A DNA stretch of 64,000 nucleotides from Eledone cirrhosa (Eukaryota). Every line of letters begins with the position of its first letter. Positions within the stretch are counted from its first letter, which is position 1. Shown piece after piece: positions 13,350 to 27,045 of the stretch. The DNA is taken from the NCBI GenBank assembly GCA_964016885.1, contig OZ024765.1:6262001-6326000 (forward strand). Reading direction: 5' to 3'. The notes under the pieces are model-generated. The model saw nothing but the letters and a program-made list of their open reading frames with translations, was not told the DNA's origin and searched no databases. The translations under genes and the position numbers were made by a program.

Positions 13350-14110
13350 GTGACACCTACACGACCACTCGATAAAAAGCACCCAGCCTACACTGTAAAG
13401 TGGTGATGGATGTGTCATGACAAAAAGCACCCAGTCCACACTGTAAAGTGGTCGTGTAGGTGTCCCGACAAAAAGCACCCAGTCCACACTGTAACGTGGT
13501 CATGTAAGTGTCACAACAAAAAGCACCCAGTCCACACTGTAAAGTGGTCGTGTAGGTGTCATGACAAAAAGCACCCAGCTCACACTGTAAAGTGGTCATG
13601 TAGGTGTCATGACAAAAAGCACCCAGCTCACACTGTAAAGTAGTCATGTAGGTGTCACAACAAAAAGCACCCAGTCCACACTGTAAAGTGGTCGTGTAGG
13701 TGTCATGACAAAAAGCACCCAGCTCACACTGTAAAGTGGTCATGTAGGTGTCATGACAAAAAGCACCCAGCTCACACTGTAAAGTGGTCATGTAGGTGTC
13801 ATGACAAAAAGCACCCAGCTCACACTGTAAAGTGGTCATGTAGGTGTCATGACAAAAAGCACCCATTCCACACTGTAAAGTGGTCATGTAAGTGTCACAA
13901 CAAAAAGCACCCAGTCCACACTGTAAAGTGGTCATGTAGGTGTCATGACAAAAAGCACCCATTCCACACTGTAAAGTGGTCATGTAAGTGTCACAACAAA
14001 AAGCACCCAGTCCACACTGTAAAGTGGTCATGTAGGTGTCATGACAAAAAGCACCCAGCTCACACTGTAAAGTGGTCATGGAGGTACCACGGCAAAAAAG
14101 CACCCAGCAC
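13350..14110. repeat. 48-bp minisatellite from the same retroposon tail region (~15 units)
   Basis: Unit atgacaaaaagcacccagctcacactgtaaagtggtcatgtaggtgtc (period 240/5), followed by a SINE 3' end. Confidence 0.95.
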
Positions 14111-14278
14111 TCACTGTAACTGAGGTTGGTGTTAGGAAGGGCATCCAGCTGTAGAAATCAAGCCAGAATCAGTTCCAATCCCACCCTTGCAAGCAGGGAA
14201 AAGCGGACGTAAAAGGAAATGAATGATGAAATGAAATCAAGAAAAAGAAATACAACCCTATATTGGGCAACTGTCTGA

Positions 14279-14354
14279 ACATCCAGACAGCTTTGGTTGG
14301 CTGTTTCGCAATTTTAGCGAAGGAAATTACCAATTCTTTGCTCATCAGGGATGT
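14279..14354 (-). ncRNA. Type I hammerhead ribozyme fold
   Basis: acatcc-CUGAUGA-GCAA...UUGC-GAA-ACAGC caaccaaa GCUGU-C-u-ggaugu: helices I, II and III all pair, with a GUC triplet at 14288-14286. Confidence 0.75.
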
Positions 14355-15169
14355 AAAATTAGTAAACCCTTCAGTTCTAAGTATCTCAGAAGACTGAATA
14401 GTGTGCGTATATAAAATATCGCATATGGTTTGTATTTCTTTTCTTGATTTATTATTTTAAATTGCGTCTGGCAAACCCTATTGTTCATAGTTTTTTGTTC
14501 ATTATTTTTTGCACCCTAGCGAATCTGGTCCCTTATGATTTGGACACATACATGTATATATCTGTGTTTATCTCTCTTTTATATTCAATTATACACACAT
14601 ATGCATATATATATAATTTTCTACTTTTTGGCACAAGGCCAGCAATTATCCCAGTGTATTACTGGTACTTTATTTTATCGACCCCGTGAGGATGAAAGGC
14701 AAAGTTGACCTCGGCGGGATTTGAACTCAGAATGTAAAGGGCCGTAACTCTTTGCTGTAAAGCATGGTGTCCGACCCTCTACCGATACTGCCAATATAGT
14801 TATATATATATACACACACACATATATATAAATATATATATATATATGTATGCACATATATATATAGTTATATATATATATATACACACACATATATATA
14901 TATATGCATATATATGTGTATAATATATGTACATGTGCGTGTGTATATATATATATATATATTTATATATACATACACACACACACATATATATATACAT
15001 GTATGTATGTATATATAATTGATTTGTATAGATCATAGTATAAAATGAGAAGAGATAAAAGTGTTATCAGAGGAGAAGCTTATAAAGGAACCCTTAGCTG
15101 ACCACCATTAATCAGTTGGTCCTGTAATAGTGTTGCAGTCTTTCATATAACAGCAGATATTTACTACTC

Positions 15170-15195
15170 ATACATATATATATACTGACATACAT

Positions 15196-15230
<35 letters not shown>

Positions 15231-15313
15231 CACAGGGGCAAACTTATTAATTCTACCATATATATATATGATGATATATACACATATACACACATATATA
15301 TACTGACATACAT

Positions 15314-15346
<33 letters not shown>

Positions 15347-16010
15347 CACAGGGGCAAACTTATTAATTCTAGCATATATATATATGATGATATATACACA
15401 TATACATACATATATATACTGACATACATACACACACACACATATATATACTGACATACACACACACACACACATATACATATACACAGGAGAAAACTTA
15501 TTAATTCTAGCATATATATATATGATGATATACACACATATACATACATATATATACTGACATACATACACACACACACATATATATACTGACATACATA
15601 CACACACACACATATACATATACACAGGAGAAAACTTATTAATTCTAGCATATATATATATGATGATATACACACATATACATACATATATATACTGACA
15701 TACATACACACACACATATATATACTGACATACATACACACACACACATATACATATACACAGGAGAAAACTTATTAATTCTAGCATATATATATATGAT
15801 GATATACACACATATACATACATATATATACTAACATACATACACACACACATATATATACATATACACAAGGGCAAACTTATTAATTCTAGCATATACA
15901 CACATATATTCATACATATATATATACTGACAGACACACACACATAGATATATATAAACATACACACTGACATATCTACAGGGGCAAACTTATTAATTCT
16001 TGTATATATA
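15170..16010. repeat. Compound microsatellite array with a repeated caaacttattaattctagc spacer
   Basis: Spacer recurs about 7 times among (CA)/(TA) tracts. Confidence 0.8.
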
Positions 16011-16376
16011 TATATACACACACACACACACATTTATATACACACACATATATATACACATACACATATATATACACACACATATATATACACATATATA
16101 TACACACACATAGTTTTTTCGTGGATGATCAGCTGAGGTGAAACATTTGTTCTCGGTATGGTGAACTAACTGTTGTGGAACTACTTCTACCTAACTCATC
16201 CCATTGACTGAGTGCTCTACCACTACGGATATAACCCACCAGTTATCTACCACTAAATACACATGGAGGCACATGGCTTAGTGGTTAGAGCATTGGGCTT
16301 GCAATCGAAAGGTTGTGAGTTCAATTATCAGACCGGGTGATGTGTTGTTTCCTTGAGCAAGACACTTTATTTCACA

Positions 16377-16967
16377 CTAGCAGTAAAGCCCGGCGTTGCT
16401 CGGGGTCGCTCATAAGCTGTGTTAAAGTTACAATGTTAAGTTTCTTTTTTGGCTTAAAGTCTGTCTGCTCGACTGTCTGTCTGCACGCCTAACGAAATTT
16501 ACAGATACATATATTTTAAATAAACTTATATAATTTTTGCTTTTTTTAACGAAATATTTGCTTGTTTTACGTAGTCTTTAAATAGACTTGTTTTCAAGTA
16601 AAAATATTGTTTTAAAAGGCTTTTAAATGGAAATGAAGCAAAACGGAAGCTTAGTGTTCGAACTGATGAATTAATGTCATTTTAAACGCTGAGAAAGCCA
16701 GCGTAATATTTTTAATTTTTGCACACAGACGCTCAATGTAAACAGAACAAAGGGAAATAACTGATCACTTACGCTCAAAAATCGATACATTATATTCGAT
16801 TTCGTCAGATAGGGCGGGTCAATTTGAAATATTTTTTTTCCGATGTCTTCGCTAGGGCTCAATGTACAAGTATAGCAATTTCGGTGCAATTCCGTGAGAG
16901 ATTCTAAGAGGAGATGTGTGCCAAAAATCGATAGACAGACAGACAACCACAGTTTTATATATATAGA
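16377..16967 (-). mobile_element. Non-autonomous Helitron inserted in a SINE
   Basis: Minus strand begins TC(tatatatataaaa) and ends with hairpin cccgagcaacgccggg plus CTAG. Inserted between A and T of the SINE sequence ttcaca|ttgctcc with no TSD. Confidence 0.9.
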
Positions 16968-17308
16968 TTGCTCCAGTTTACTCAGCTGCAGAAATGAGAT
17001 GATAGGGACTGGGGTCCCTATCATCCCACTGCAAAGTGGACGTGTAGGCGCCACGGAAAAAAAAGCACCCAGCACTCACTGTAAATGAGGTTGGTGTTAG
17101 GAAGGGCATCCAGCTGTAGAAATCAAGCCAGAATCAGTTCCCGTCCCACCCTTGCAAGCAGGGAAAAGCGGACATAAAATGATGATGATGATGATGATTT
17201 ATTTGAGGGCGGCCGACCGGGGCAGAAGCTGCTAAATGTTCAGTCGCCCTCATGTCTCTGATTTTCAGCCCCGTGATTTGTCTATCATATTCCTTTGTTA
17301 TATTTTGA

Positions 17309-17366
17309 ATACCTGATGATGTCACCGGATTCATACTGAACCCGTTCATTGAAATGATCATAGTAT
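17309..17366 (+). ncRNA. Penelope-type minimal hammerhead ribozyme fold
   Basis: auac-CUGAUGA-[cgg a uuca uac ugaa c ccg hairpin]-GAA-AUGAUCAU-A-guau, with palindromic helix III and a 4-bp helix I. Confidence 0.65.
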
Positions 17367-18299
17367 AATAAACCTTTTAAGGAATTACACCAGTCCAGCC
17401 TCCTGTTATTTTATAATATATATATATATATATCATCAACATCATCGTTTAACGTCCATCTTCCACGCTAGCATGGGTTAGACGGGAATTGTCCCACTTG
17501 AGGCAAGATTGGTCGGGTGACCGTGTTTCGCTCGTATAGGACTATCTGGCAGGTTTTCTACGGCTGGATGCCCTTCCTAACACCAACCACATTTACAGTG
17601 TGAAACTGGGAGGTTTTTACCGTGTTACCTACACGGCCACATTACAGCGTAGACTGTGTGTTTTTTGTCGTGACACCTACACGATCTCGATCTCATTATC
17701 TCATTTACTTGGACTGGATGTTGTGGTACCAACATAACTTTACAGAGAAAGGGTGGTGTTGGTGGGAGTGGAGGGGGGGGATAGTGGGATGGGGGTGTAT
17801 GTTTGGTTATATATATATATATATATGATAACAACACAGTGAAGATATTACATTATACTGTTGATATTGTTTGATATGAATCGATATGAAGAGATATCTG
17901 AAAAAAAAAATACCAACAGGAAAAAAAAAAAAAAACGAAAAATAGAAGGAAAAATGAAAAATAGAAGAAAAAAAATGAAAAATAGATGAAAAAAACGAAA
18001 AATAGATGAAAAAAAAAGGAAATAAGAAAAATGATGAAAATACAGAAAAGAAGGAATAAAATAAAAATGAGAAATTATATACAAAAGCTGAAGAACAATG
18101 GAAACGAAACAATTAAGAACCCCCCCACACCCCAGGGCCTCATCACCCCCACCCAGCCACCACCACCTGCCTCTTGTCTAAATAAAAACCCCTTTGGCTA
18201 TAACAAATAGTGTTTTATTAGATATATACACTCATGTTGTTGTTATTGTGTCTATTTAAGGAAAGAAAATAAGTTTACTGTAGAAGAGAAATACTGGCG

Positions 18300-19420
18300 G
18301 TCGTTGCTTAATCAATGTTTAGTTGGTGGGATAGGGGTCGGATGAGCTGGAAGGTGGGAGAGAGGGCTCAGTGTCTGTTGTTTACTGATGAATTCTGTTA
18401 GACTTCGGCTAGTGAAACCCGTACCGGGTTGGTCGTTTCTTAATCAATGTTTAGTTGGTGAGGTGGAGGGTGGGTTCTATGGGGGCGGGTGAGCTGGGAA
18501 GGAGAGAAAGCGAGGTACAGAAGAGAGGGCCCAGTGACAGTGTTGTTCACTGATATATAGTTTTAGTCTTCTACTAGTGAAACCTGTACCGTCAATAATG
18601 GAAGCACAGTTGATCGGTTGTTCAATTGTTTCTTAATCAATTTTTATTTGGTGGGGATGGATTAGTGGGTTCTGTGGGGCGGGTGAAATAGGAAGGAGGA
18701 AGAGAACGGCTTTGTGTCAGTGCTACTCTTGTTCACAGATATATTCTGTTAGTCTTCTACTAGTTAAACCCATACCATCAATAATTGAAGCACAGTCGGT
18801 CATTTTTATGTTTAGTTGGTGGGGGTGGATAGATGGCGAATGAGCTGGGAAGGAGTGAGAGAGGGCCCAGTGTCAGTGTTGTTTACTGATATATTGTTTT
18901 AGACTTTGACTAGTGAAATCCGTGCCATCAATAATTGAAGCACAGTCGATTGTTTCTAAATCAATTTTTATTTGGTGGGGGTTGGTTCGTGGGCTCTATG
19001 GAGCGGGTGAGCTGGGAAAGGAGAAACAGAGAGGACCGGTGTCAGTGCTACTGATATATTCTGTTAGTCTTCTACTAGTAAAACCCATGGCGTCAATAAT
19101 AGAAGCACAGGTTGAGCTGGGAAGGATTGAGAGAGGGGCCCAGTGTCAGTGTTGTTCCCTGATATATTCTTTCAGACTTTGACTAGTGAGACCCGTGCCA
19201 TCAATAACTGAAGCACAGTCGATTGGTCGGTCGTTTCTTAATCAATATTTAGTTGGTGGAGGAGGGTGGGGTGGTTTTATGGGGGGGGGGGGTGAGCCGG
19301 GAAGGTGGGGGGGTTTTAGGGGGGGGGGGGGGGGGGGGCAGTGTTGGTCACTGATATATTCTGTTAGTCTTCTACTAGTGAAACCTCTACCGTCAATAAC
19401 TGAAGCACAGTCGGTTGGTC
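18300..19420. repeat. Degenerate G-rich tandem repeat (~150-190-bp units)
   Basis: Recurrent ctactagtgaaacc...tcaataattgaagcacagtcg...gagctgggaagg segments. Confidence 0.75.
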
Positions 19421-19587
19421 CTTTCATAACTCTTTAGCATTTAAACCTGCTGTTTCCTGCCAGAAATTCTCTCACCTCTTTCTGTTACTGGCCGTAACTG
19501 GCCACTCATACTGATGTTAAGGTATTGTTCTCAAAATAAATAACATCAAACTTACAAGATAAGTGTTAGAATAATTTATAACATATT

Positions 19588-20924
19588 TTAACCCTTTAGC
19601 ATTTACATTACTCTATATATACTATTGTATTTTTGTGATAAAGGCTTTACCCCACATAATAATCTCACATAACATTTACATTACTCTATATATATTATTG
19701 TATTTTTGTGATAAAGGCTTTACCCCACATAATAATCTCACATAACATTTACATTACTCTATATATACTATTGTATTTTTGTGATAAAGGCTTTACCCCA
19801 CATAATTATCTCACATAACATTTACATTACTCTATATATATTATTGTATTTTTGTGATAAAGGCTTTACCCCACATAATAATCTCACATAACATTTACAT
19901 TACTCTATATATATTATTGTATTTTTGTGATAAAGGCTTTACCCCACATAATAATCTCACATAACATTTACATTACTCTATATATATTATTGTATTTTGG
20001 GGGTAAAGGCTTTACCCCACATAATAATCTCACATAACATTTACATTACTCTATATATATTATTGTATTTTTGTGATAAAGGCTTTACCCCACATAATAA
20101 TCTCACATAACATTTACATTACTCTATATATATTATTGTATTTTTGTGATAAAGGCTTTACCCCACATAATAATCTCACATAACATTTACATTACTCTAT
20201 ATATATTATTGTATTTTTGTGATAAAGGCTTTACCCCACATAATAATCTCACATAACATTTACATTACTCTATATATATTATTGTATTTTGGGGGTAAAG
20301 GCTTTACCTCACATAATAATCTCACATAACATTTACATTACTCTATATATATTATTGTATTTTGGGGGTAAAGGCTTTACCCCACATAATAATCTCACAT
20401 AACATTTACATTACTCTATATATATTATTGTATTTTGGGGGTAAAGGCTTTACCCCACATAATAATCTCACATAACATTTACATTACTCTATATATACTA
20501 TTGTATTTTTGTGATAAAGGCTTTACCTCACATAATTATCTTACATAACATTTACATTACTCTATATATATTATTGTATTTTGGGGGTAAAGTCTTTACC
20601 TCACATAATTATCTTACATAACATTTACATTACTCTATATATATTATTGTATTTTGGGGGTAAAGGCTTTACCCCACATAATAATCTCACATAACATTTA
20701 CATTACTCTATATATATTATTGTATTTTGGGGGTAAAGTCTTTATCTCACCTAATAATCTCATATAATATCAAATCTATGAGATTTTGATGTTATTATTT
20801 TGAGAACAATGCCTTAACACCAGTATGAACATCCAGTTACAGTTGGTTTGAACAGAAAGAGGTGAGAGAATTCTGGCCGGATATGGCTAAAGGGTTTAGC
20901 CATATTTAAATACTAAAGGGTTAA
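19588..20924 (+). mobile_element. piggyBac-like MITE with internal 73-bp minisatellite (~16 units)
   Basis: TTAAccctttagcattta ... tactaaagggTTAA termini; 73-bp tandem unit from about 19600 to 20760. Confidence 0.85.
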
Positions 20925-21229
20925 CAAAGGCAGTTTTTATCAATTAGTCAAACCAGCAACCTAGCCAGAAAAAGTACAACATAGTGGACTCCATTAAAGA
21001 TAACCAAGTAATAAACGGTATTCTTAAACTGAAGAGTTCTCTCTACCTATTTTGGTATCGTTTCTACAGTTGGATGCATTTGCTAATGCCAACCACTTTG
21101 CAGAGTGTATTTTATCATGGGACCAAGAGTATTTTCATCATCACTATTTAACGGCCATTTTTACACACTAGCATGGGTTAGACAAGTTGTCCCCTTGTGA
21201 CACAAGTCAGATTAGATTACCGGCACCAT

Positions 21230-22280
21230 CACAACCACCTCCATCTTCACAAGCAACAACCAACACCATCATCAATACCACCAGCACCAGCACCACCATC
21301 AACACTACCACTGCCACCAACACTACCACCACCATCATCACTAACTACACCATATTGCCGTCGCCACCACCACCAACATCATCAATACCACACTACCAGC
21401 ACCACTACAATCAACACTACCACCACCACTACAACCAACACTACCACCACCACTACACCCAACACCACCACTCCCACTACTACACTACCACAACCAACAC
21501 TACCACAACTACCACCACCACTACACCAACACCACAACCACCACTACACTACTACCACCACCACACCACACTACCACCACCAACACTACCACCACCACCA
21601 CTACATCAACACCACTACACCACCACCACACCAACACCACTACTACACTACCACCACCACCACCACTACATCAACACCACTACACCACCACCACACCAAC
21701 ACCACTACTACACTACCACCACCACCACCACACCACCACACCAACACCACTACTACACTACCACCACACCACCACCACCACTACACCAACACCACTACTA
21801 CACTACCACCACCACACCACCACGCCACCACCACCACTACACCACCACCACTACTACACTACCACCACCACACCACCACCACCACTACTACACCACCACC
21901 ACCACCACACCACCACATCACCACCACCCCCACACCACCACTACTACACTACCACCACCACCACCACTACACCACCACCACACCAACACCACTACTACAC
22001 TACCACCACCACCACCACACCACCACACCAACACCACTACTACACTACCACCACCACCACCACCACACCACCACCACCACTACACCAACACCACTACTAC
22101 ACTACCACCACCACACCACCACGCCACCACCACCACTACACCACCACCACTACTACACTACCACCACCACACCACCACCACCACTACTACACCACCACCA
22201 CCACCACACCACCACATCACCACCACCACCACACCACCACTACTACACTACCACCACCACCACACCACCACCACCATGAC
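21230..22280. repeat. (CAC/CTAC)n low-complexity array
   Basis: Direct inspection. Confidence 0.95.
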
Positions 22281-22369
22281 AGGGATATCAGCGACCACAA
22301 ACCGGAAACACCATTATGAAACATTCTTCTTGACATTTGAGAAATTTAGTAAATATTTACATCTATAAC

Positions 22370-23050
22370 ATGTATATATATAGATGTGTGTATATATACA
22401 TAGATGTGTGTATATATACATAGATGTGTGTATATATATATAGAGAGATGTGTATATATACATAGATGTGTGTGTATATACATAGATGTGTGTGTATATA
22501 TATAGAGAGATGTGTATATATACATAGATGTGTGTGTATATATATAGAGAGATGTGTATATATACATAGATGTGTGTATATATATATATATAGATGTGTG
22601 TATATATATATATAGATGTGTATATATACATAGATGTGTGTATATATACATAGATGTGTGTATATATACATAGATGTGTATATATATATATATATATATA
22701 TAGATGTGTGTATATATATACAGATGTGTGTATATATACATGGATGTGTATATATACATAGATGTGTGTATATATATATATAGATGTCTATATATATATA
22801 CACACAAAGATGTCTATATACATACATAGATGTCTATATATACATCTATGTGTGTATATAGACATATAGATGTCTATATACACATCGATACACATACGTC
22901 TGTATACACACAAGGATGTGTGTATATGTACATATAGGTGTGTGTATATATACATATAGATGTGTGTATATATACACACATCTATGTGGATATATACAGA
23001 TGTGTATCGATATATGTATATATATAATTGTGTCTATCTATGTGTGTATG
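22370..23050. repeat. ~20-bp tagatgtgtgtatatataca array
   Basis: Direct inspection. Confidence 0.9.
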
Positions 23051-23339
23051 CTTATGTACGTGTAAATATATTTATATAGATATGTATATAAATGTTTTTA
23101 TATATACATACACACATGTATGTATATACATATATATATATATATATATATAAATATACATGTGTGTGTGTGTGCGTGTGTGTTTGTTTGTCTGTCTGTA
23201 ACTTAGTTTCACTTGAAAGCACATCTGTTAAAGATGACGTGCTCACAGATAACAGATAATTATGTCAAGTTTAAAACATGTAAACAGATTCTACATCCTC
23301 CACCTCACACCCACATAGCTGGCCATCTTCACCAAATCT

Positions 23340-24760
23340 ACATACAAAAGGAAGACTGTATGACGCCTGTGTGCCAAGTGCGATGCTACATGGTGGTGAA
23401 ACATGGGCTGTGACTGCAGAAGACATGGGTAGACTGGTTGATGAATGAAGCAACCATGCTTTGTTGGATGTGTGAAGTGTGATGCTACATGGTAGTGAAA
23501 CATGGGCTGTGACTGCAGAAGACATGGGTAGACTGGTTGATGAATGAAGCAACCATGCTTTGTTGGATGTGTGAAGTGTGATGCTACATGGTAGTGAAAC
23601 ATGGGCTGTGACTGCAGAAGACATGGGTAGACTGGTTGATGAATGAAGCAACCATGCTTTGTTGGATGTGTGAAGTGTGATGCTACATGGTAGTGAAACA
23701 TGGGCTGTGATTGCAGAAGACATGGGTAGACTGGAGATAAATGAAGCAACCGTGCTTTGTTGGATGTGTTAAGTGTGATGCTACATGGTAGTGAAACATG
23801 GGCTGTGACTGCAGAAGACATGGGTAGACTGGAGAGAAATGAAGCAACCATGCTTTGTGTGAAGTGTGATGCTACATGGTAGTGAAACATGGGCTGTGAT
23901 TGCAGAAGACATGGGTAGACTGGAGATAAATGAAGCAACCATGCTTTGTTGGATGTGTGAAGTATGATGCTACATGGTAGTGAAACATGGGCTGTGACTG
24001 CAGAAGACATGGGTAGACTGGATGATGAATGAAGCAACCGTGCTTTGTTGGATGTGTGAAGTGTGATGCTACATGGTAGTGAAACATGGGCTGTGATTGC
24101 AGAAGACATGGGTAGACTGGAGATAAATGAAGCAGGCATGCTTCGTTTGATGTGTGAAGTGTGATGCTACATGGTAGTGAAACATGGGCTGTGATTGCAG
24201 AAGACATAGGTAGACTGGAGATAAATGAAGCAGGCATGCTTCGTTTGATGTGTGAAGTGTGATGCTACATGGTAGTGAAACATGGGCTGTGATTGCAGAA
24301 GACATGGGTAGACTGGAGATAAATGAAGCAGGCATGCTTCGTTTGATGTGCAATGTAAATTTGAGAGAAAGGCAGAGCTTAGATGAACTGAGGGAGAAAC
24401 TGGGTCTTTGAGGAATCGAAGGTGGTGTGTAAGGACATGCGTAGACTGGAGAGAAATGAAGCAACCATGCTTCATTGGATGTGCAATGTAAATGTGAGCT
24501 TGGATGAACTGAGGGAGAAGCTGGATTTAAGACGAATCTGAGGTAGGTGCAGGAGAGAAGACTGCGTTGGTACAGACATATGATGCACATGGATGATGAT
24601 CGATGGGTGAAGAAGTGCCAGGGAATGCCAATGGATGAATTCCACAGGTAGAGGTAGACTGAGAAAGACCTGGGCTGAGGTGGTGGGAGCTGATCTCAAA
24701 TTGCTCAAACTCACAGAGGAGATGACAAAAAAACGTGGCAAGTAGAGAGATACTGAAAAG
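23340..24760 (+). mobile_element. RTE-clade LINE 3' fragment with a 98-99-bp internal tandem array (~10 units)
   Basis: Decayed LYDACV...MLHGSETWAVTAEDMGRL...MLRWMCNV...RRLRWYRH...GRGR..KTW, typical of the RTE ORF C-terminus. Confidence 0.85.
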
Positions 24761-25210
24761 CTCATAGGCTGACCAAGATACTCTCATGGAATGATCAAAT
24801 GAGGTTTATTTTTCAACATAGTCCCTGGAAAGAAACAATGCAGTTAGTAATAAGAAGAGTTGAAATTAATGCATGCAAGATTTCACAGCTCTAGCATCAA
24901 ACGTTCATAAGCTGACCAAGATACTCTGATGGAATGACTATATGAGGTTTATTTTTCAACATAGTCCCTGGAAAGAAACAATCCAGTTATGAATAAGTAG
25001 AGTTGAAATTAATGTCTGCAAGATTTCACAGTTCTAGCATCACCTCTTCATAGGCTGACCATGATACTCTCATGGGATGACCAAATGAGGTTTATTTTTT
25101 AACATAGTCCCTGGAAAGAAACAATGCAGTTATTAAGAAGAGTTGAAATTAATGCCTGTAAGATTTCACAGCTTTAGCATCACTCCTTCATCGTGAGCCT
25201 ATGAACTTTG
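24761..25210. repeat. ~143-bp tandem repeat x3 derived from a mariner end
   Basis: Each unit carries tttatttttcaacatagtccct, whose reverse complement encodes GDYVEK*, a typical mariner C-terminus. Confidence 0.6.
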
Positions 25211-25425
25211 GAATATAAAGCTTAAATATCATTATAGTTTCTTTCTTATTTCAATTCACACTTCTTACCACTAAGCTAGTCAACATATTATGGTGTAGCA
25301 TGTATATTTTTAGATTTAGACAAAATATTGGAAATTATTTTATTAAAGGAAAGGAAAGCCAAGATGTAAAAGAAACCCAAAAAACTATGTACGTCTGTGT
25401 TTATATGTGTGAAGAGATGTTTGGC

Positions 25426-25460
<35 letters not shown>

Positions 25461-25621
25461 CGTTTCTGAATTTGTTTAGCAAGATTTATAATAAATTGGA
25501 GTGAAAGCAACTGGTGCGTGTGTTTCTTATTGGCAACATGACCCTCCCAAAGCATAACAATATATATATATATGTTATATATTTATATTATATATATTAT
25601 ATATATATATATTATATATGT

Positions 25622-25684
<63 letters not shown>

Positions 25685-25725
25685 TTTAGGAATAACCAAA
25701 GAGTGCTTAGAAATACATTGTTTTA

Positions 25726-25776
25726 TTAGCTAACAGTGTTTCATCCATACCCTAAGGCAGGAATCATCAGAGCCTA
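25726..25776 (-). ncRNA. Penelope-type hammerhead fold
   Basis: ggcu-CUGAUGA-uuccugccuuaggguauggau-GAAACACUGUU-agcu. Confidence 0.55.
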
Positions 25777-25993
25777 TAAACAAGAGTATATCAATAGTTG
25801 CATGCCCCATCAGGCTGCGTCACCAGAACAAGGTTAAAGGACCAGCAGGGGGCTCCCGAGGCCAGCGCTATATAGAAAAAGACACAATACATGACACATA
25901 TAATGTCATAAAAAATGTCGCTAAAACCACACTGTCATACCAAGGGCAATATACCAGCGTGTCTGGGTACATTGATATATTTGTCAACGAAAC

Positions 25994-26026
<33 letters not shown>

Positions 26027-26229
26027 GTGATGTTTTTTTTACAAAATGAAAAAAAAACGAGGTGTCCTACATGAGTGAAAGTATAAGGAAAAAAGATGAA
26101 ATCAAAAATGCAACTGGAGTCTTTTTTTTTTAAATATACATTTATTTGGTTCCTTTACCGGTTTCGCAGATGGAGGGTTTGTGGTTTTTCTCACACATAT
26201 ACATATATATATATATATATATATGAAAC

Positions 26230-27045
26230 CAAAGATCTAGAATGTCTCAGGAAATAATTGCTGGAGATATATTGCTGCTACTTCTCTTAATTGAGAGATC
26301 ACAGCTCCGATACTATGGACATGTGGTTAGAATGTCTCAGCAAAGAATCACTGGACAGATTTGTAGCTCAGAGAGTCACTCCAGGTAGAGCTGCTACTTC
26401 TCCAAATTGAGAGATCACAGCTCTGATACTATGGACATGCAGTTAGAATGTCTCAGGAAAGAAGTGCTGGACATATTTGTAGCTCGGAGATCAGAGAGTC
26501 ACTCCAGGTAGAGCCGCTACTTCTCCAAATTGAAAGATCTCAGCTCCGATACTATGGACATGTGGTTAGAATGTCTCAGGAAAGAATCACTGGACATATT
26601 TGTAGCTCGGAGATCAGAGAGTCACTCCAGGTAGAGCCGCTACTTCTCCGAATTGAGAGATCACAGCTCTGATACTATGGACATGTAGTTAGAATGTCTC
26701 AGGAAAGAATCACTGGACAGATTTGTAGCTCGGAGATGAGAGAGTCACTCCAGGTAGAGCCGCTACTTCTCCGAATTGAGAGATCACAGCTCCGATACTA
26801 TGGACATGTGGTTAGAATGTCTCAGGAAAGAAATGCTGGACAGATTTTACAGGCAAAACCAAACGACAGGATAAAATCAATGAGCTTGTTATCCAACATA
26901 GTTGGATAACATCCATGAGCTTGGCTGGTCTCGCTTGGGGATCCAGCCAGATCAGTTGGAGACGGTTGTTTCTGACAGGACCCACTGGAAGCAGTGTTTA
27001 AGGACTCCCCCCCCCCCCCTCCCATGACCCTCTCAGGAATAAGTA
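26230..27045 (+). mobile_element. RTE-like LINE 3' fragment with a 123-bp tandem array
   Basis: SSEIRESLQVEPLLLRIERSQLRYYGHVVRMSQER repeated. Confidence 0.85.

Noticed and set aside
14330-14392. Possible minus-strand exon SSEILRTEGFTNFTSLMSKEL
   Set aside because: It overlaps the hammerhead core and is better explained as a ribozyme-bearing repeat remnant.
21187-22368. Extensin/His-Pro-rich ORFs
   Set aside because: CAC low-complexity array open in several frames.
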